From a candidate division WOR-3 bacterium (GTDB lineage: Bacteria > Hydrothermota > Hydrothermia > JBDRYB01): a stretch of 64,000 nt of DNA. This document shows, piece after piece, positions 1-10,174 of this stretch (its first letter is position 1; every line of letters begins with the position of its first letter). Under the pieces are notes generated by a model, which was not told the DNA's origin, did no database searches, and saw only the letters and a list, made by a program, of their open reading frames with translations. Location of the stretch: the NCBI GenBank assembly GCA_039803205.1, contig JBDRYB010000008.1, positions 8,506 to 72,505 on the forward strand, read 5' to 3'. The translations under genes were made by a program, and so were the position numbers.

Positions 1-393
1 AGGGCGGATAAGCTAATGAAGGATGTTGATACCCTCGCTCTGGAGGCAAGGAGCGCGATAAAGGGTGTATCCGAGAGAACCCAGGCGCTTGAGGCGCAGG
101 TAACATCAACCCTGACGGAAATAGAAGCCCTGTCAAAGGAGCTGAGGGTCTCGGTCAGAAAAGCGAGCGAGAGAACCGACACATCATTTGCCAGGTTTGA
201 TAGCCTCATAGTCCACCTTGATTCGGTCTCCGTGGCCCTCAGAGCACTGGTTGAATCCGAGGGAACAGCTCAGCGCCTCGCGAAGGACGACAAGCTCTAC
301 AAGGACCTTGAAAAGACGATAAGGTCAGCCCAGGACCTCATAGAGGACATAAGGGCAAACCCCAAGAGATATTTCACCATAGAGATATTCTAG
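1..393 (+). CDS. MCE/MlaD family protein, C-terminal part (5' truncated by window edge)
   Basis: Frame is open from base 1; long amphipathic helical region ending LYKDL...DLIEDIRANPKRYF, typical of MlaD/MCE C-termini. Confidence 0.75.
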   Translation, partial: RADKLMKDVDTLALEARSAIKGVSERTQALEAQVTSTLTEIEALSKELRVSVRKASERTDTSFARFDSLIVHLDSVSVALRALVESEGTAQRLAKDDKLYKDLEKTIRSAQDLIEDIRANPKRYFTIEIF

Positions 394-525
394 GTCTCCT
401 GGTTCCGGTTTCTGATTACTCACTGAGTTGAACTCAACAGAGGGTAAGTGATCCCCGATATAGGGCCTGTCTACCATTGGAGGGACAGGGGGGATAGAGG
501 CCAATGAGCCTCAGCGACAGAGCTC

Positions 526-1233
526 TCAGTTTTTCATCTCCCTCCCCACCCTCTCCTCAGCGAACCGGACATACTCCGGCACTATTTCAAACCCAAGAAA
601 CCGCCTTCCGGTCCTCAGCGCGGCAACAGCGGTCGTTCCAGAACCCATAAAAGGGTCAAGGACCATGTCGTTTGGATCGGTTGTGTAGAGTATGAGCCTC
701 TCAACCAGCGCGAGAGGCAGTTTTGTCGGGGTTTTTATCTTGCCGCTCCAATACTCCCTCTTTATGATGATCACATCCTCAGGATACCTTTCTATCTTGT
801 GGAACTTGTATTTCTTCGGATTCTTGGCCGCGAATACTATGTGATAATGGCTGGTGACGAACCTCCTTCTGGTATAGACACCGAACTGATACTTCCATAT
901 CAGGTGATTTACGGGCACGAGGCCAGATTCATCAATAGCAATTAGGACATCCTTGAGGTTGTTCCAGCCAGAAAAGATGAAGGCAGAGCCTGTTTCTTTT
1001 AGCACAGCGGGAAGCTTTGAGATCCAAGACCTGCTGAAATTTAGGTAATCGCCCATCTCATCAGCGTATCCATCAAGAACCCTCTCCGCTGTCCGGTTGT
1101 AGTTGCTGGGTTTTCCCTTGAAATCTATGCCAAAAGGAGGGTCAGCAATAACGAGGTCTACGCTTTCGGCCGGAACATATCCAATGAGCTTTCTACAATC
1201 TCCCTGATATATTCGGTTATCCGCGAGGATCAT
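526..1233 (-). CDS. Orphan site-specific DNA methyltransferase (N4-C/N6-A, beta class)
   Basis: Catalytic motif IV ADPPF precedes SAM-binding motif DPFMGSGTT; no adjacent endonuclease. Confidence 0.9.
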   Translation of the reverse strand: MILADNRIYQGDCRKLIGYVPAESVDLVIADPPFGIDFKGKPSNYNRTAERVLDGYADEMGDYLNFSRSWISKLPAVLKETGSAFIFSGWNNLKDVLIAIDESGLVPVNHLIWKYQFGVYTRRRFVTSHYHIVFAAKNPKKYKFHKIERYPEDVIIIKREYWSGKIKTPTKLPLALVERLILYTTDPNDMVLDPFMGSGTTAVAALRTGRRFLGFEIVPEYVRFAEERVGREMKN

Positions 1234-2072
1234 AGCCTATAGAAAAGCCCCCTTCCTGCTCCTACTGCCCAATTGAAGAAATTGAGGATTGGGTTAAGAG
1301 GGTTACCTCGCTCGTGCTTGCTGAAATACCTGGTAAGACCAATAGACCATTCCAAGGCCATCCTGCTCCTCGCTTTTCTCGTTGAGAGCCCCATCACATG
1401 TATGACCTTCATTCCCGGGTGAAGGACCACCCTGTAGCCCTTTGCTTTTACCCTCCTTAGCAGGTCAACATCAGAGAAGAACATTCTGAGCCTCGGGTCA
1501 AAGGCCCCTATTTCAAGAAAGACCATCCTCCGCATGAGAAGAGCGGCTCCCATGGGCTGGTCAACCTCGGTTGGCTCAGACACGGGCCTTGGGTTCAGCT
1601 TCCATCTTGAGAGGTTGGGGAAAATCCTGGATATTCCCGTCATCTCAAGGATTATTCCAATGTGATCCGGAAAAGCACGCACCGATGGCTGGAGCTCCCC
1701 GTCTGGATAGAACATCTGGGGTGCTAGAACAGCCACATCCGGATTCTCTCTCATGTAATCAAGCCCAACCAGGAGAGCATCCTCGTGCAGCTGGGCATCA
1801 GGGTTGAGAAGGAAGACATACTCCCCTTTGGCCTTGCGGATCCCCATGTTGTTTGCCTTTGAATAGCCTATGTTCCTTGAGACCCTGATGAGTCTCAGGC
1901 TAACAAAGGCATTTCTCCTGACCCTTTCAACGGTGTCATCCTCTGAGGCGTTATCAACGATCAGGACCTCAACATTCAGGCCCCGGGAAGCCCTTGCCAC
2001 GCTCCTGAGCAGATCTTCAACGCAATCAGCGGAATTCCAGGTCACAGATACAACAGAGACATCAGGCTTCAC
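1230..2072 (-). CDS. Glycosyltransferase family 2 (WbbL-like)
   Basis: VDNASED, NIGYSKANN, FLLNPDA, FFSDVD motifs. Confidence 0.9.
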   Translation of the reverse strand: MKPDVSVVSVTWNSADCVEDLLRSVARASRGLNVEVLIVDNASEDDTVERVRRNAFVSLRLIRVSRNIGYSKANNMGIRKAKGEYVFLLNPDAQLHEDALLVGLDYMRENPDVAVLAPQMFYPDGELQPSVRAFPDHIGIILEMTGISRIFPNLSRWKLNPRPVSEPTEVDQPMGAALLMRRMVFLEIGAFDPRLRMFFSDVDLLRRVKAKGYRVVLHPGMKVIHVMGLSTRKARSRMALEWSIGLTRYFSKHERGNPLNPILNFFNWAVGAGRGLFYRL

Positions 2073-3003
2073 GGATTCCCTCCTCGGTTATGTAGGCACT
2101 CACGAGCTCACGAGGAGTTATATCAAAAGCATAATTAAGGGCATGGGCTTCATGGGGGGTGACCCTGACTCCCCTGAACGAGAGGACTTCTTCCTCCGGC
2201 CTCTCTTCTATGGGTATGCAAGAGCCGTCTGGCAGATCCGGATCGAAACTCGTGCTCGGCGCCGCGACATAGAAAGGTATTCCGAAATGCCTCGCGGATA
2301 TCGCGAGGGCAAGAGTTCCAACCTTGTTCGCGAAATCGCCGTTTCTCGCAACCCTATCAGCACCAACTATGACCGCGTCAACCTCCCCTTTTGACATCAG
2401 GAAGGATGCGAGGCTATCAACGATCAGGGTGTGGGGAACCCCAACCCTGCCCAGCTCCCAGCATGTCAGACGGGCGCCCTGAAGCCATGGCCTTGTTTCA
2501 TCAACCCAGACCATCCGGACCCTTCCCAGCCTCCACGATTCGTATATCACCCCCAGAGCTGTTCCGAGGCCTCCGGTGGCCAGGGCACCGGTGTTGCAGT
2601 GCGTTAGAACCGCAGAGCCTTGCTTTATGAGGCTCGCGCCATGCTTCGCTATCATGAGGCAACGAGCCTTTTCCTCCTCGTGTATGGTAATGGCCTCCCT
2701 GATGGGATCCGCTGAGCCATAAACCCTTTCTATTGCCTTGAAGAGGTTGACGGCCGTGGGCCTTGAATTCGCCAAGGCATTTTTGGCAGAAGCGGGATCC
2801 TCTCCTCTCAGGAAAGCCAGAGCCATTCCATATCCTCCCGCGATTCCGATCAGAGGCGCGCCTCTGACCGCCATTTCCCTTATCCCCTCCGCGACATCAG
2901 CGGGGGTCCTGGCCTCCATGTATCTCTCCTCGCCAGGCAGAGCTCTCTGATCGAGTATTTTTATGGAATCTCCTGTCCAGGCTATCGGCTCAGGCAGGTT
3001 CAC
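2062..3003 (-). CDS. mtnA: S-methyl-5-thioribose-1-phosphate isomerase
   Basis: LDQRALP, MAVRGAPLIG, SRPTAVNL, THCNTGALAT, ETRPWLQGARLT, NYAFDITP; start placed at GTG 6 nt after a TATAAT. Confidence 0.93.
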   Translation of the reverse strand: MNLPEPIAWTGDSIKILDQRALPGEERYMEARTPADVAEGIREMAVRGAPLIGIAGGYGMALAFLRGEDPASAKNALANSRPTAVNLFKAIERVYGSADPIREAITIHEEEKARCLMIAKHGASLIKQGSAVLTHCNTGALATGGLGTALGVIYESWRLGRVRMVWVDETRPWLQGARLTCWELGRVGVPHTLIVDSLASFLMSKGEVDAVIVGADRVARNGDFANKVGTLALAISARHFGIPFYVAAPSTSFDPDLPDGSCIPIEERPEEEVLSFRGVRVTPHEAHALNYAFDITPRELVSAYITEEGIREA

Positions 3004-3086
3004 ACGAAGATTATAATGGATTCTAATACGAGCAATCAGCATGGCGGAGTTTGCATCCGGAGCGCTGATGGCTTAATAATTATACC

Positions 3087-4160
3087 GTGCCAAGGACCGG
3101 TAAGGCGGACCTACCCCTCCACCCTGGAAAGGCTCCGAGGTGGCTTTTTTCCCGAATGAAAAGGCTTTCGGGTGCCATAATTGAGGCGATAGTCTCGGAA
3201 TTCGGCACAGCCGAGCTCCTGAGGAGATTGTCCGACCCGTATTGGTTCCAATCCCTTGGGTGTCTTCTTGGGTTTGACTGGCACTCGTCTGGCCTAACGA
3301 CTACGCTCACCGGAGCCATAAAGCTTGCCCTCTCAGGAGGCCTTGACCGGGAGCTCGGGTTCTTCGCGGCTGGAGGAAAAGGGTCCGCGTCCCGGAGGAC
3401 CCCTCTGGAAATTAAGATGATATGCGATTTAACCGGCGCTGATCCCGCTCCCCTTATCTACTCATCTCGCATGAGCGCGAAGGTTGATTCTGCCGCTCTA
3501 CAGGATGGATACCAGCTCTATCACCACGCTTTTTTCTTTGACGCCGGAGGCTCCTGGTGCGTGATCCAGCAGGGGATGAACGAGAAGACCCGATACGCCA
3601 GGCGATACCATTGGCTCTCGGAGAAGATCAGGGATTTCGTGGAGGAACCGCATGCCGCGATCGCATCGGAGCGAACCGGGTTTGCTTTGGACATGACCGC
3701 AAGGGAATCGGGCCCAGCGAGGCACGCATCGGCCATCCTTGCCGCTAGGGAGCCGGACGCGAACGCGCGCGATCTCATCCGCATGCGTGAGCTGAACCTT
3801 CCCAGGGAGCACAGGGTTCTGATTAGCTCAATCAACCCGCTTTACATAAGGAAGACCCTCGTTTCGCTCTATGAGAACCCACCTCGGGATTTTGAGGCCC
3901 TCTTGAGCCAGGAGGGGGTCGGCCCCAAAACCATAAGGGCCCTAGCTTTGCTCTCGGATGTGATTTACGGCGCTAGGCCATCGTTCCACGACCCCATGGT
4001 TTATTCCTTCGCTCATGGCGGCAAAGACGGCCATCCCTATCCCGTGAACCGGGAGGTCTACGACAGGACAATAGCCATCCTTGAGAGGGCAATAAGAAAG
4101 GCGCGGCTTGGTCAACGGGAGGAAACAGAGGCGCTGAGAAGGCTAAGCAGGTATTTTTGA
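3087..4160 (+). CDS. DUF763 family protein
   Basis: ADLPLHPGKAPRWL, DWHSSGLTT, AKVDSAALQDGYQLYHH, FAHGGKDGHPYPV. Confidence 0.88.
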   Translation: MPRTGKADLPLHPGKAPRWLFSRMKRLSGAIIEAIVSEFGTAELLRRLSDPYWFQSLGCLLGFDWHSSGLTTTLTGAIKLALSGGLDRELGFFAAGGKGSASRRTPLEIKMICDLTGADPAPLIYSSRMSAKVDSAALQDGYQLYHHAFFFDAGGSWCVIQQGMNEKTRYARRYHWLSEKIRDFVEEPHAAIASERTGFALDMTARESGPARHASAILAAREPDANARDLIRMRELNLPREHRVLISSINPLYIRKTLVSLYENPPRDFEALLSQEGVGPKTIRALALLSDVIYGARPSFHDPMVYSFAHGGKDGHPYPVNREVYDRTIAILERAIRKARLGQREETEALRRLSRYF

Positions 4161-4212
4161 TCCCTTTAGTGCGCTTGAAATCTGCCGGGCCTTGTGTCAT
4201 AATTTGGCCCTT

Positions 4213-4929
4213 ATGAAAAGGTTTGCCCTTGCAATTGTGTTGGCGTTTCTCCTCGTCTCCTGCGAGGAGACCATAGAGAAGATACCGAGGACAACCGTGG
4301 TTGTCTCGGTTGGCTCTGCAGGCCCCGCGCTGAACGCGCTCCTGCAACTTCTTCCCAGCGGGCTTCAGATCAATCCCCCTGCTGACTGGGATACCCTCAG
4401 CCTTGAAACAGCCATGGCGGGAGTTCTGGTTGATGGGGTGCCTTGTGATTCGGCAACAGTGAATGTAGCCGGAACCGTCCTGCCGTATGACTCAACGACC
4501 GGACTCTATGCGCCCATAGACACGAATGGATTGCCCATCTTCCTGCAACTAGGCGCTGGCGACCCCATAACCGTCTATTCACCGCACGACACGGTGACTG
4601 GCGTTGTCCCGGAATGCCCGGATATCGTGAGCCTTTCTGTTCCGGATTCCCATCAGGTCAATACTGCCATGAATGTCAGCTGGTCATACAGCGCGGGGAA
4701 TCCGGACTCCGTGATGATCACCTTCAAGATACACGGTAGGAACACCTACACCAAGATAATAGGCGGACAGAACACATCCTATGTGATACCCTCGGATGTG
4801 ATAGATACGACGGGCCTGGCTTCGGTCTCCGTATCCTCCCTGGTCATAGAAACGGATCTTGCTGGTGCGACCCCTGGCAGTTTCATCATCTACAACAAAT
4901 CCGACTTCTCCCCAGTTGTGATATACTAG
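4213..4929 (+). CDS. Hypothetical lipoprotein
   Basis: Lipobox MKRFALAIVLAFLLVS-C; beta-rich mature region. Confidence 0.75.
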   Translation: MKRFALAIVLAFLLVSCEETIEKIPRTTVVVSVGSAGPALNALLQLLPSGLQINPPADWDTLSLETAMAGVLVDGVPCDSATVNVAGTVLPYDSTTGLYAPIDTNGLPIFLQLGAGDPITVYSPHDTVTGVVPECPDIVSLSVPDSHQVNTAMNVSWSYSAGNPDSVMITFKIHGRNTYTKIIGGQNTSYVIPSDVIDTTGLASVSVSSLVIETDLAGATPGSFIIYNKSDFSPVVIY

Positions 4930-4953
4930 CTCCTGATTTCTAAGAAAAGCCAA

Positions 4954-6378
4954 ATGAGAGAGGATGATGGCCCTGTAATAGGCCTTGAGATACACATCCA
5001 GCTTGGCACCAGAACCAAGCTGTTTTGTTCGTGTCCAATTGACCCATCCGCGGAGCCAAACACATTGACATGCCCGGTCTGCCTCGGCCATCCAGGTTCT
5101 CTGCCGGTCCTGAACCGAGAAGCCGTGAAGGCAGGGGTAATGTTGGGCATTGCCCTGGGCGCTGAAATAAGGCGAAGAACCGTATTCTACAGAAAAAACT
5201 ATTTTTACCCTGATCTAGCGAAGGGCTATCAGATAACCCAACACATCTCCCAGATAGCGTTTGGGGGTGAGGTGAAGTTTCAGAGCAATAGGGAGAGGAG
5301 CGTCCGGATAACCGGGATAGCCATAGAGGAGGAGGCCGCTAAGACTGTGTATACCGAGGACGGGTTCGCTCTCCTTGACTTCAACAGGTCAGGCATCCCT
5401 CTACTTGAGGTGGTCACTGAGCCTGACCTGCGGAGCGCTTCCGAGGCTAGGGGGTTTCTTGAGGCTCTGAGGCTCATTGTCCGTTATCTGGGAATATCCG
5501 AGGGGGATATGGAGCGCGGGCACCTCCGAGTTGATACGAATGTCTCCTATGTGCTTGATGGGGTTCAGGGCAATCGGGTTGAGATAAAGAACATAAACAC
5601 ATTCAAGGCGGTTGAGGATGCCATAAATTACGAATCCGAGAGGCAGAAGAACCTCCTTTTGGCAGGTAGGCCGGTTCCCAAAGAAACAAGGGCCTGGGAC
5701 GAACACATCGGGGAGACCCTCCCCATGAGGATGAAGGAGGAGGCCTCGGACTACAGGTTCTTCCCTGAGCCGGATCTCCTTCATTTGGTTGTTGATGATG
5801 CTTTATATGAGGAGGCCGCTGAGGCGGTTCCGGAGCTGCCGGAAGCCCGGCTTCGGAGGTATGTTCAGGATTATGGGCTTGCCGAACAGACAGCGAGAGC
5901 CCTCATCTCCTCAAGGGAGCTCTCGGACTACTTTGACCGGGTCGCCTCATTGGTGAAGGACAAAAGGAGAGCGGGGAATTTTATCGCCGTTGATCTCGTT
6001 GGGATCATGAGGATGAGGGGAGAATCGGCAGAAGGTTTATCCGTGAAACCTGAGAGCCTATCGGAGCTCCTCCTAGCGGTTGAGGACGGAAGCCTTCCCC
6101 TCTCAGGGGCAAAGATCGCGCTCGTCAAGGCTTTAGAAACAGGGAAGCCGCCGGTTGAGGTTGCAAAAGAGGAAGGCCTGTTTTCCGTTTCCGCTGATGA
6201 GGAGCTCTTGGCTTGGATCGAGGAGGTGATAACCTCTCATCCAGATGAGGTTGATAGGTTCCGGAAGGGCAAGGAGGGGGTTCTTGGCTTTCTCGTTGGC
6301 CAAGTCATGAAGCGATCCGGCGGAAGGGCTGATCCGAGAAGGGTTAGGGAGATGATGGAAAAGAGGATCAGGGGATAG
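4954..6378 (+). CDS. gatB: Asp-tRNA(Asn)/Glu-tRNA(Gln) amidotransferase subunit B
   Basis: PVIGLEIHIQL, RKNYFYPDLAKGYQITQ, DFNRSGIPLLEVV, KEEASDYRFFPEPDL. Confidence 0.96.
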   Translation: MREDDGPVIGLEIHIQLGTRTKLFCSCPIDPSAEPNTLTCPVCLGHPGSLPVLNREAVKAGVMLGIALGAEIRRRTVFYRKNYFYPDLAKGYQITQHISQIAFGGEVKFQSNRERSVRITGIAIEEEAAKTVYTEDGFALLDFNRSGIPLLEVVTEPDLRSASEARGFLEALRLIVRYLGISEGDMERGHLRVDTNVSYVLDGVQGNRVEIKNINTFKAVEDAINYESERQKNLLLAGRPVPKETRAWDEHIGETLPMRMKEEASDYRFFPEPDLLHLVVDDALYEEAAEAVPELPEARLRRYVQDYGLAEQTARALISSRELSDYFDRVASLVKDKRRAGNFIAVDLVGIMRMRGESAEGLSVKPESLSELLLAVEDGSLPLSGAKIALVKALETGKPPVEVAKEEGLFSVSADEELLAWIEEVITSHPDEVDRFRKGKEGVLGFLVGQVMKRSGGRADPRRVREMMEKRIRG

Positions 6379-6451
6379 GCAGAAGCCCATTCGTCACAGA
6401 AATCCCCAATAACCCATTGGCTCAGCCCCTACCTTTAACCCAATCGGACTG

Positions 6452-9400
6452 CTAGTATTCCAACAGGGTTCTGTAATAAGCCTTTATGAGCTTCTGCATC
6501 TCAGGCGGGTATCGCCAAAACTCTTCCTGCCTAGCGGCTTCTAGGAGGGACTTTCTTATCTCTTCCTTGGCTATGGGAGGCGGCGGAACCGGAGTATAAG
6601 GCCTCGCGGTCTCGGATTCCCTCTTTGGATTGTAGTCCTGCTTTCTGATGGATTCCTGCGCCTCAAGGAGACGGGTGTAGATGTTCTGCTGTTTCTTCAA
6701 TAATTCCTCGTCCAGACTCTTCTGCCTCATCAGGTCCTCAACCTCCTTCATCTCCTCCTTCGCTCCCTCAAGGGCCCTCTCAAGGCCCGTGGCCTCGGGG
6801 CTGTTCTGGATGGCCTTCTCAAGGGCCTCCAACTGCCTCCGAAGGGCCTCCTGCTCAGCCGCAAGAGCGAGTAGTCTCTGGCCGGCGAGATCCGGGGTGA
6901 TCCCTCCCTGTTGGAGCATTTGAAGGAGGCTCTGGGTCTGCGCGTTGAGCTCAGCCTGCGCCTTCGCCATCTCAGCGAGGCGCTTCATGGCCTCTGCCAT
7001 CCCAGTCGAGCTACCAGCGCACTGGCACTCCTGTTGTGCCTCAAAAAGAGCAAGCGCGGCCAGGTTCAGCTCCGCCATTGCCTCATCGGGGTTGACCCTC
7101 TGGCCCTCAGATAGAAACTCAAAAAGCCTCTCGGCCGAAAGAAGGTAAGCGTATATCCTGGGAGGGATGAGCGCGGTCTTCTTCGCTATCTCGTCAAGTC
7201 TGGACCTGAGGGCCCGGACCGCATCGGCGAAAACCCTTGCCCTCACCATGAGCTCTTTGGGATCCTTTATATCATGCATATCGGGAACCTGAGCCGCGGT
7301 GAATATGACCTCCTGCCTCAACCCGGATATCGCTCTTAGGAGCTCCTCCTTTCTCCTGCCCGTTAATGAGCATGACATTGAACCGAGCGAGGAAGCGGCC
7401 CTTCTGAGGGCTTGAGCCGATGCTTCTTGGCTCTTCGTGGCTTTTGTCTTGTTTCCGCTTGAGAGCTGAGCAGTCGCCTCCTGGGACTCTTCCAATGCCT
7501 CTGAGAGCTCCTGTTCGGATAGCTCTTCAAGAGCCTTGCCCTCGTCTTCTCCGGACTCCTCCAGCTCCTTCCCAAGATCCATAGCCCTCTCCTTCAGGTT
7601 TCCTATCTGCTCCGAAAGTTCCTGCTGTTTCCGAGCCAGCTCCGCAGAGGGACCCCTTGCCTCAGCCTCTTTTTGTAGAGCCTCCTGCTCTGCCGCGAGC
7701 CTCTCTGCCTCAGCGGCCAGTTCCTGCAGTCGCATTTCCTGAGCGTAGCGCTTTAGGAGCTCCTCTGTTCTTTCAAGGCGCTTTTTCAGTTCCTCTTGGT
7801 TCAGCTTGAGGTTCTTCATGGCCTCCTCTACGGCCTTTTTATCCATTTTCTCTATGGCTCTCTGCAGTTCCTCAATAGCCCTCATCAGCTCCTCGTTCAT
7901 CACCTCGGCCATGAGCTTCTGGACCTCAAAAAACTTCTCTAGGAGCTCAGGGTCACAGCTCGGCAACTGAGAAAGCTCCTGGAACTGGGCCCGTGTCTCC
8001 TCAGCTGACATCGCTACCCTTTCCGCCAGTTCCTGGGCCTCTGATAGGGCACGGGCTATTCTCTCTCGCTCCTCCCAGCTCAGGTCCCGCGAGGACTTCA
8101 ATATGTCCTCTATCTCCTGCATCTTCTTAGAAAGGGCCTCGGCTTGAGACTTGAGGTCGCCGGCCCTCTCAGAGGCCCCTGCGGCTGCATCCGCTGAAAG
8201 CCCGAATATCTCCTCCATGGATGGGAACCTCACCCTTATGGAAGCCGAAAGGCTCTTTTGACCCCTGATGTCCGTGGCCTCTGCCCATATGAGCGCCTCG
8301 TCCCCAGGGGACATCTCCATGCCTCTGAATGAGGCAACGGTCTGGCCAGCCGCGTCGGAGACGCCGGGCTTAAGTGGGATATCACCAGAACCCCGTTTTC
8401 CCCTGAACTCCCAATTGACAGAGAGGGAACGCAGGCCAATATCGTCCTCGGCCTGCGCGAGAACCATAACGCGCTCATCGTCCGGAAGATAGACATCTCC
8501 TTGAGGTTGGGCTATCCTCACGGTCGGGGGATTGTCCGGAATTACGCTTATCTCAAGCCTCCGAGGGCTTTTCGTCCACAGGGGGCCCTTTCTCAGGCAT
8601 ATCTCAAGTATGCCATCCTCCTCAAGCTCAAGTATGGGATCCGAGAGAGCCCGCCCGTTCCAAACAAGCAAAGCTGAATCTCCGGTATGATCCAGGTAGA
8701 TCCGAACCGTTCCGCCCTGATGGCCGGTTATGGAAACTGGGTTGTTCATCTCCGCCTCGCGGCCGCCCATGATAGCTGGCTCCCTCAGCAAGACCTTGAT
8801 ACCCCTCAGATAAGGCCTTTCAACCGAAATGAGGGTCTTTTCGGAAAGGGTATCCTTACCCCTCACCAGGAAGGCCTTGTATGAGCCAGCAGAGAGCCTG
8901 CCCGTCTCCAGCTTGGGTTGGGCAGGGAATTCCTTCGTTTCCTGACCGGAAAGGATGACCCTGGCTCCTTCTGTCCTTCCAATGACTGAAAGCCTCGTTC
9001 CCTGATCGGAGAAGAAAGTGGTCCTCTCCGGAAGGAGGAATCCCACAGATCCCTCTTTTCCCATGAAGTCTTGGGGGGAAAGCCCAAGCCTGAGACAGAA
9101 TAGGTTTGCGGATACGAGAAAAACAGAGAGCACGCGACGCTTTATCTTGAAGGCCCTTGCCGCCGATGGCCTCGCGGAAGTTATTCTCTCAGAGAGCCTT
9201 TCTAGCAACTCATCGCTTACCCTTCCCCTGAGCTCAACCCAAGAGACGAGGTATTCACCCATCTGAGGGTTTGCCCTCTCAAGCGCCCAAGCCAGGGCTT
9301 TATCCGACATGGTCCGGTAAAGCCTGATGATGAGCCAGGTCAATCCAACGGGCAGAGATACCGAGAGCCAGATGGGGTTTCTCCAAGGGAACAGAGCTGC

Positions 9401-9487
9401 GAAAATGAGAACCGCTGAGACTATTACGAGAATTACCTCCGCGAGACAAACCGCCAAGGCAAAAAGCCTTGCCCTCATCAGGATCAT
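6452..9487 (-). CDS. Large membrane-anchored coiled-coil protein (DUF4175-like)
   Basis: N-terminal TM helices, IPDNPPTVRI and AEDDIGL Ig-like motifs, long E/Q/L coiled coil, C-terminal IYTRLLEA...KAYYRTL. Confidence 0.7.
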   Translation of the reverse strand: MILMRARLFALAVCLAEVILVIVSAVLIFAALFPWRNPIWLSVSLPVGLTWLIIRLYRTMSDKALAWALERANPQMGEYLVSWVELRGRVSDELLERLSERITSARPSAARAFKIKRRVLSVFLVSANLFCLRLGLSPQDFMGKEGSVGFLLPERTTFFSDQGTRLSVIGRTEGARVILSGQETKEFPAQPKLETGRLSAGSYKAFLVRGKDTLSEKTLISVERPYLRGIKVLLREPAIMGGREAEMNNPVSITGHQGGTVRIYLDHTGDSALLVWNGRALSDPILELEEDGILEICLRKGPLWTKSPRRLEISVIPDNPPTVRIAQPQGDVYLPDDERVMVLAQAEDDIGLRSLSVNWEFRGKRGSGDIPLKPGVSDAAGQTVASFRGMEMSPGDEALIWAEATDIRGQKSLSASIRVRFPSMEEIFGLSADAAAGASERAGDLKSQAEALSKKMQEIEDILKSSRDLSWEERERIARALSEAQELAERVAMSAEETRAQFQELSQLPSCDPELLEKFFEVQKLMAEVMNEELMRAIEELQRAIEKMDKKAVEEAMKNLKLNQEELKKRLERTEELLKRYAQEMRLQELAAEAERLAAEQEALQKEAEARGPSAELARKQQELSEQIGNLKERAMDLGKELEESGEDEGKALEELSEQELSEALEESQEATAQLSSGNKTKATKSQEASAQALRRAASSLGSMSCSLTGRRKEELLRAISGLRQEVIFTAAQVPDMHDIKDPKELMVRARVFADAVRALRSRLDEIAKKTALIPPRIYAYLLSAERLFEFLSEGQRVNPDEAMAELNLAALALFEAQQECQCAGSSTGMAEAMKRLAEMAKAQAELNAQTQSLLQMLQQGGITPDLAGQRLLALAAEQEALRRQLEALEKAIQNSPEATGLERALEGAKEEMKEVEDLMRQKSLDEELLKKQQNIYTRLLEAQESIRKQDYNPKRESETARPYTPVPPPPIAKEEIRKSLLEAARQEEFWRYPPEMQKLIKAYYRTLLEY

Positions 9488-9996
9488 GGGGCTATCTCCG
9501 CTTCAGGAAAAACTTCCCCGAAAACCGAGAGGGCCGTATCATCAATGAGCACTATCCTGACCTCTTCTGGCCCAGCAGGCTCCCCGGCGAACGAAAGTAT
9601 CTCCTCACGCATGATCCTCGCGGCCTCGCGGAGGGGAAAGCCTCCAACCCCCGTGCCCATGGCAGGGAAGGCTATGCTCCTTATTCCCAATTCGCGCGCC
9701 CTGGCCATCGCGTTCCTTACTGCTAATCTGATCTTCCGCTCGTCCGTTTTGAAGTCAAGGCCCATCGTGGCCGCGTGAATTACATATCTCGCTGGCAGTT
9801 TGCCGGCTGTGGTTATCCAGGCCTCTCCAATAACCCCAGGGGTTCCAGCTATTGCCTCCTCCTCAATCTCTCGGCCTCCAGCCCTCTTTATTGCGCCGGC
9901 AACCCCAGCCCCCATGAACCCAGAGGTGTTCGCTGGGTTCACTATTGCGTCCGCATCCTCTTGGGTTATATCACCTTTCTTTATCAGAACCTTCAC
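9484..9996 (-). CDS. Macro domain (ADP-ribose binding/hydrolase) protein
   Basis: GDIT, DAIVNPAN, GAGVAGAI, YVIHAA, AFPAMGTGVGG; GTG start after GAGGAG. Confidence 0.92.
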   Translation of the reverse strand: MKVLIKKGDITQEDADAIVNPANTSGFMGAGVAGAIKRAGGREIEEEAIAGTPGVIGEAWITTAGKLPARYVIHAATMGLDFKTDERKIRLAVRNAMARARELGIRSIAFPAMGTGVGGFPLREAARIMREEILSFAGEPAGPEEVRIVLIDDTALSVFGEVFPEAEIAP

Positions 9997-10162
9997 CCTT
10001 CTCCTCCTCAATTCTTGCCCTCCCTAGCTTCACTCTCTTCCCTATGAGCTCTATGTAGAAGCCACAGGAAGGGTTTGAGCACACCCACGCTGAGGCCTCC
10101 TCGGTCTCAAGGGGAAGCAGTTCCCCCCTCTCGCACAGCTTGCACTTCGGATATTCTGTCAT
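9971..10162 (-). CDS. Small zinc-ribbon protein
   Basis: CKLC...CSNPSC; SD AGGAG upstream; fills gap in operon. Confidence 0.65.
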   Translation of the reverse strand: MTEYPKCKLCERGELLPLETEEASAWVCSNPSCGFYIELIGKRVKLGRARIEEEKGEGSDKER

Positions 10163-10174
10163 GGCCTTTCTCCT

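Noticed and set aside
394..525. Short palindrome GAGTTGAACTC in the convergent intergenic gap
   Set aside because: Too short and single-copy, with no U-tract or recognisable RNA family.
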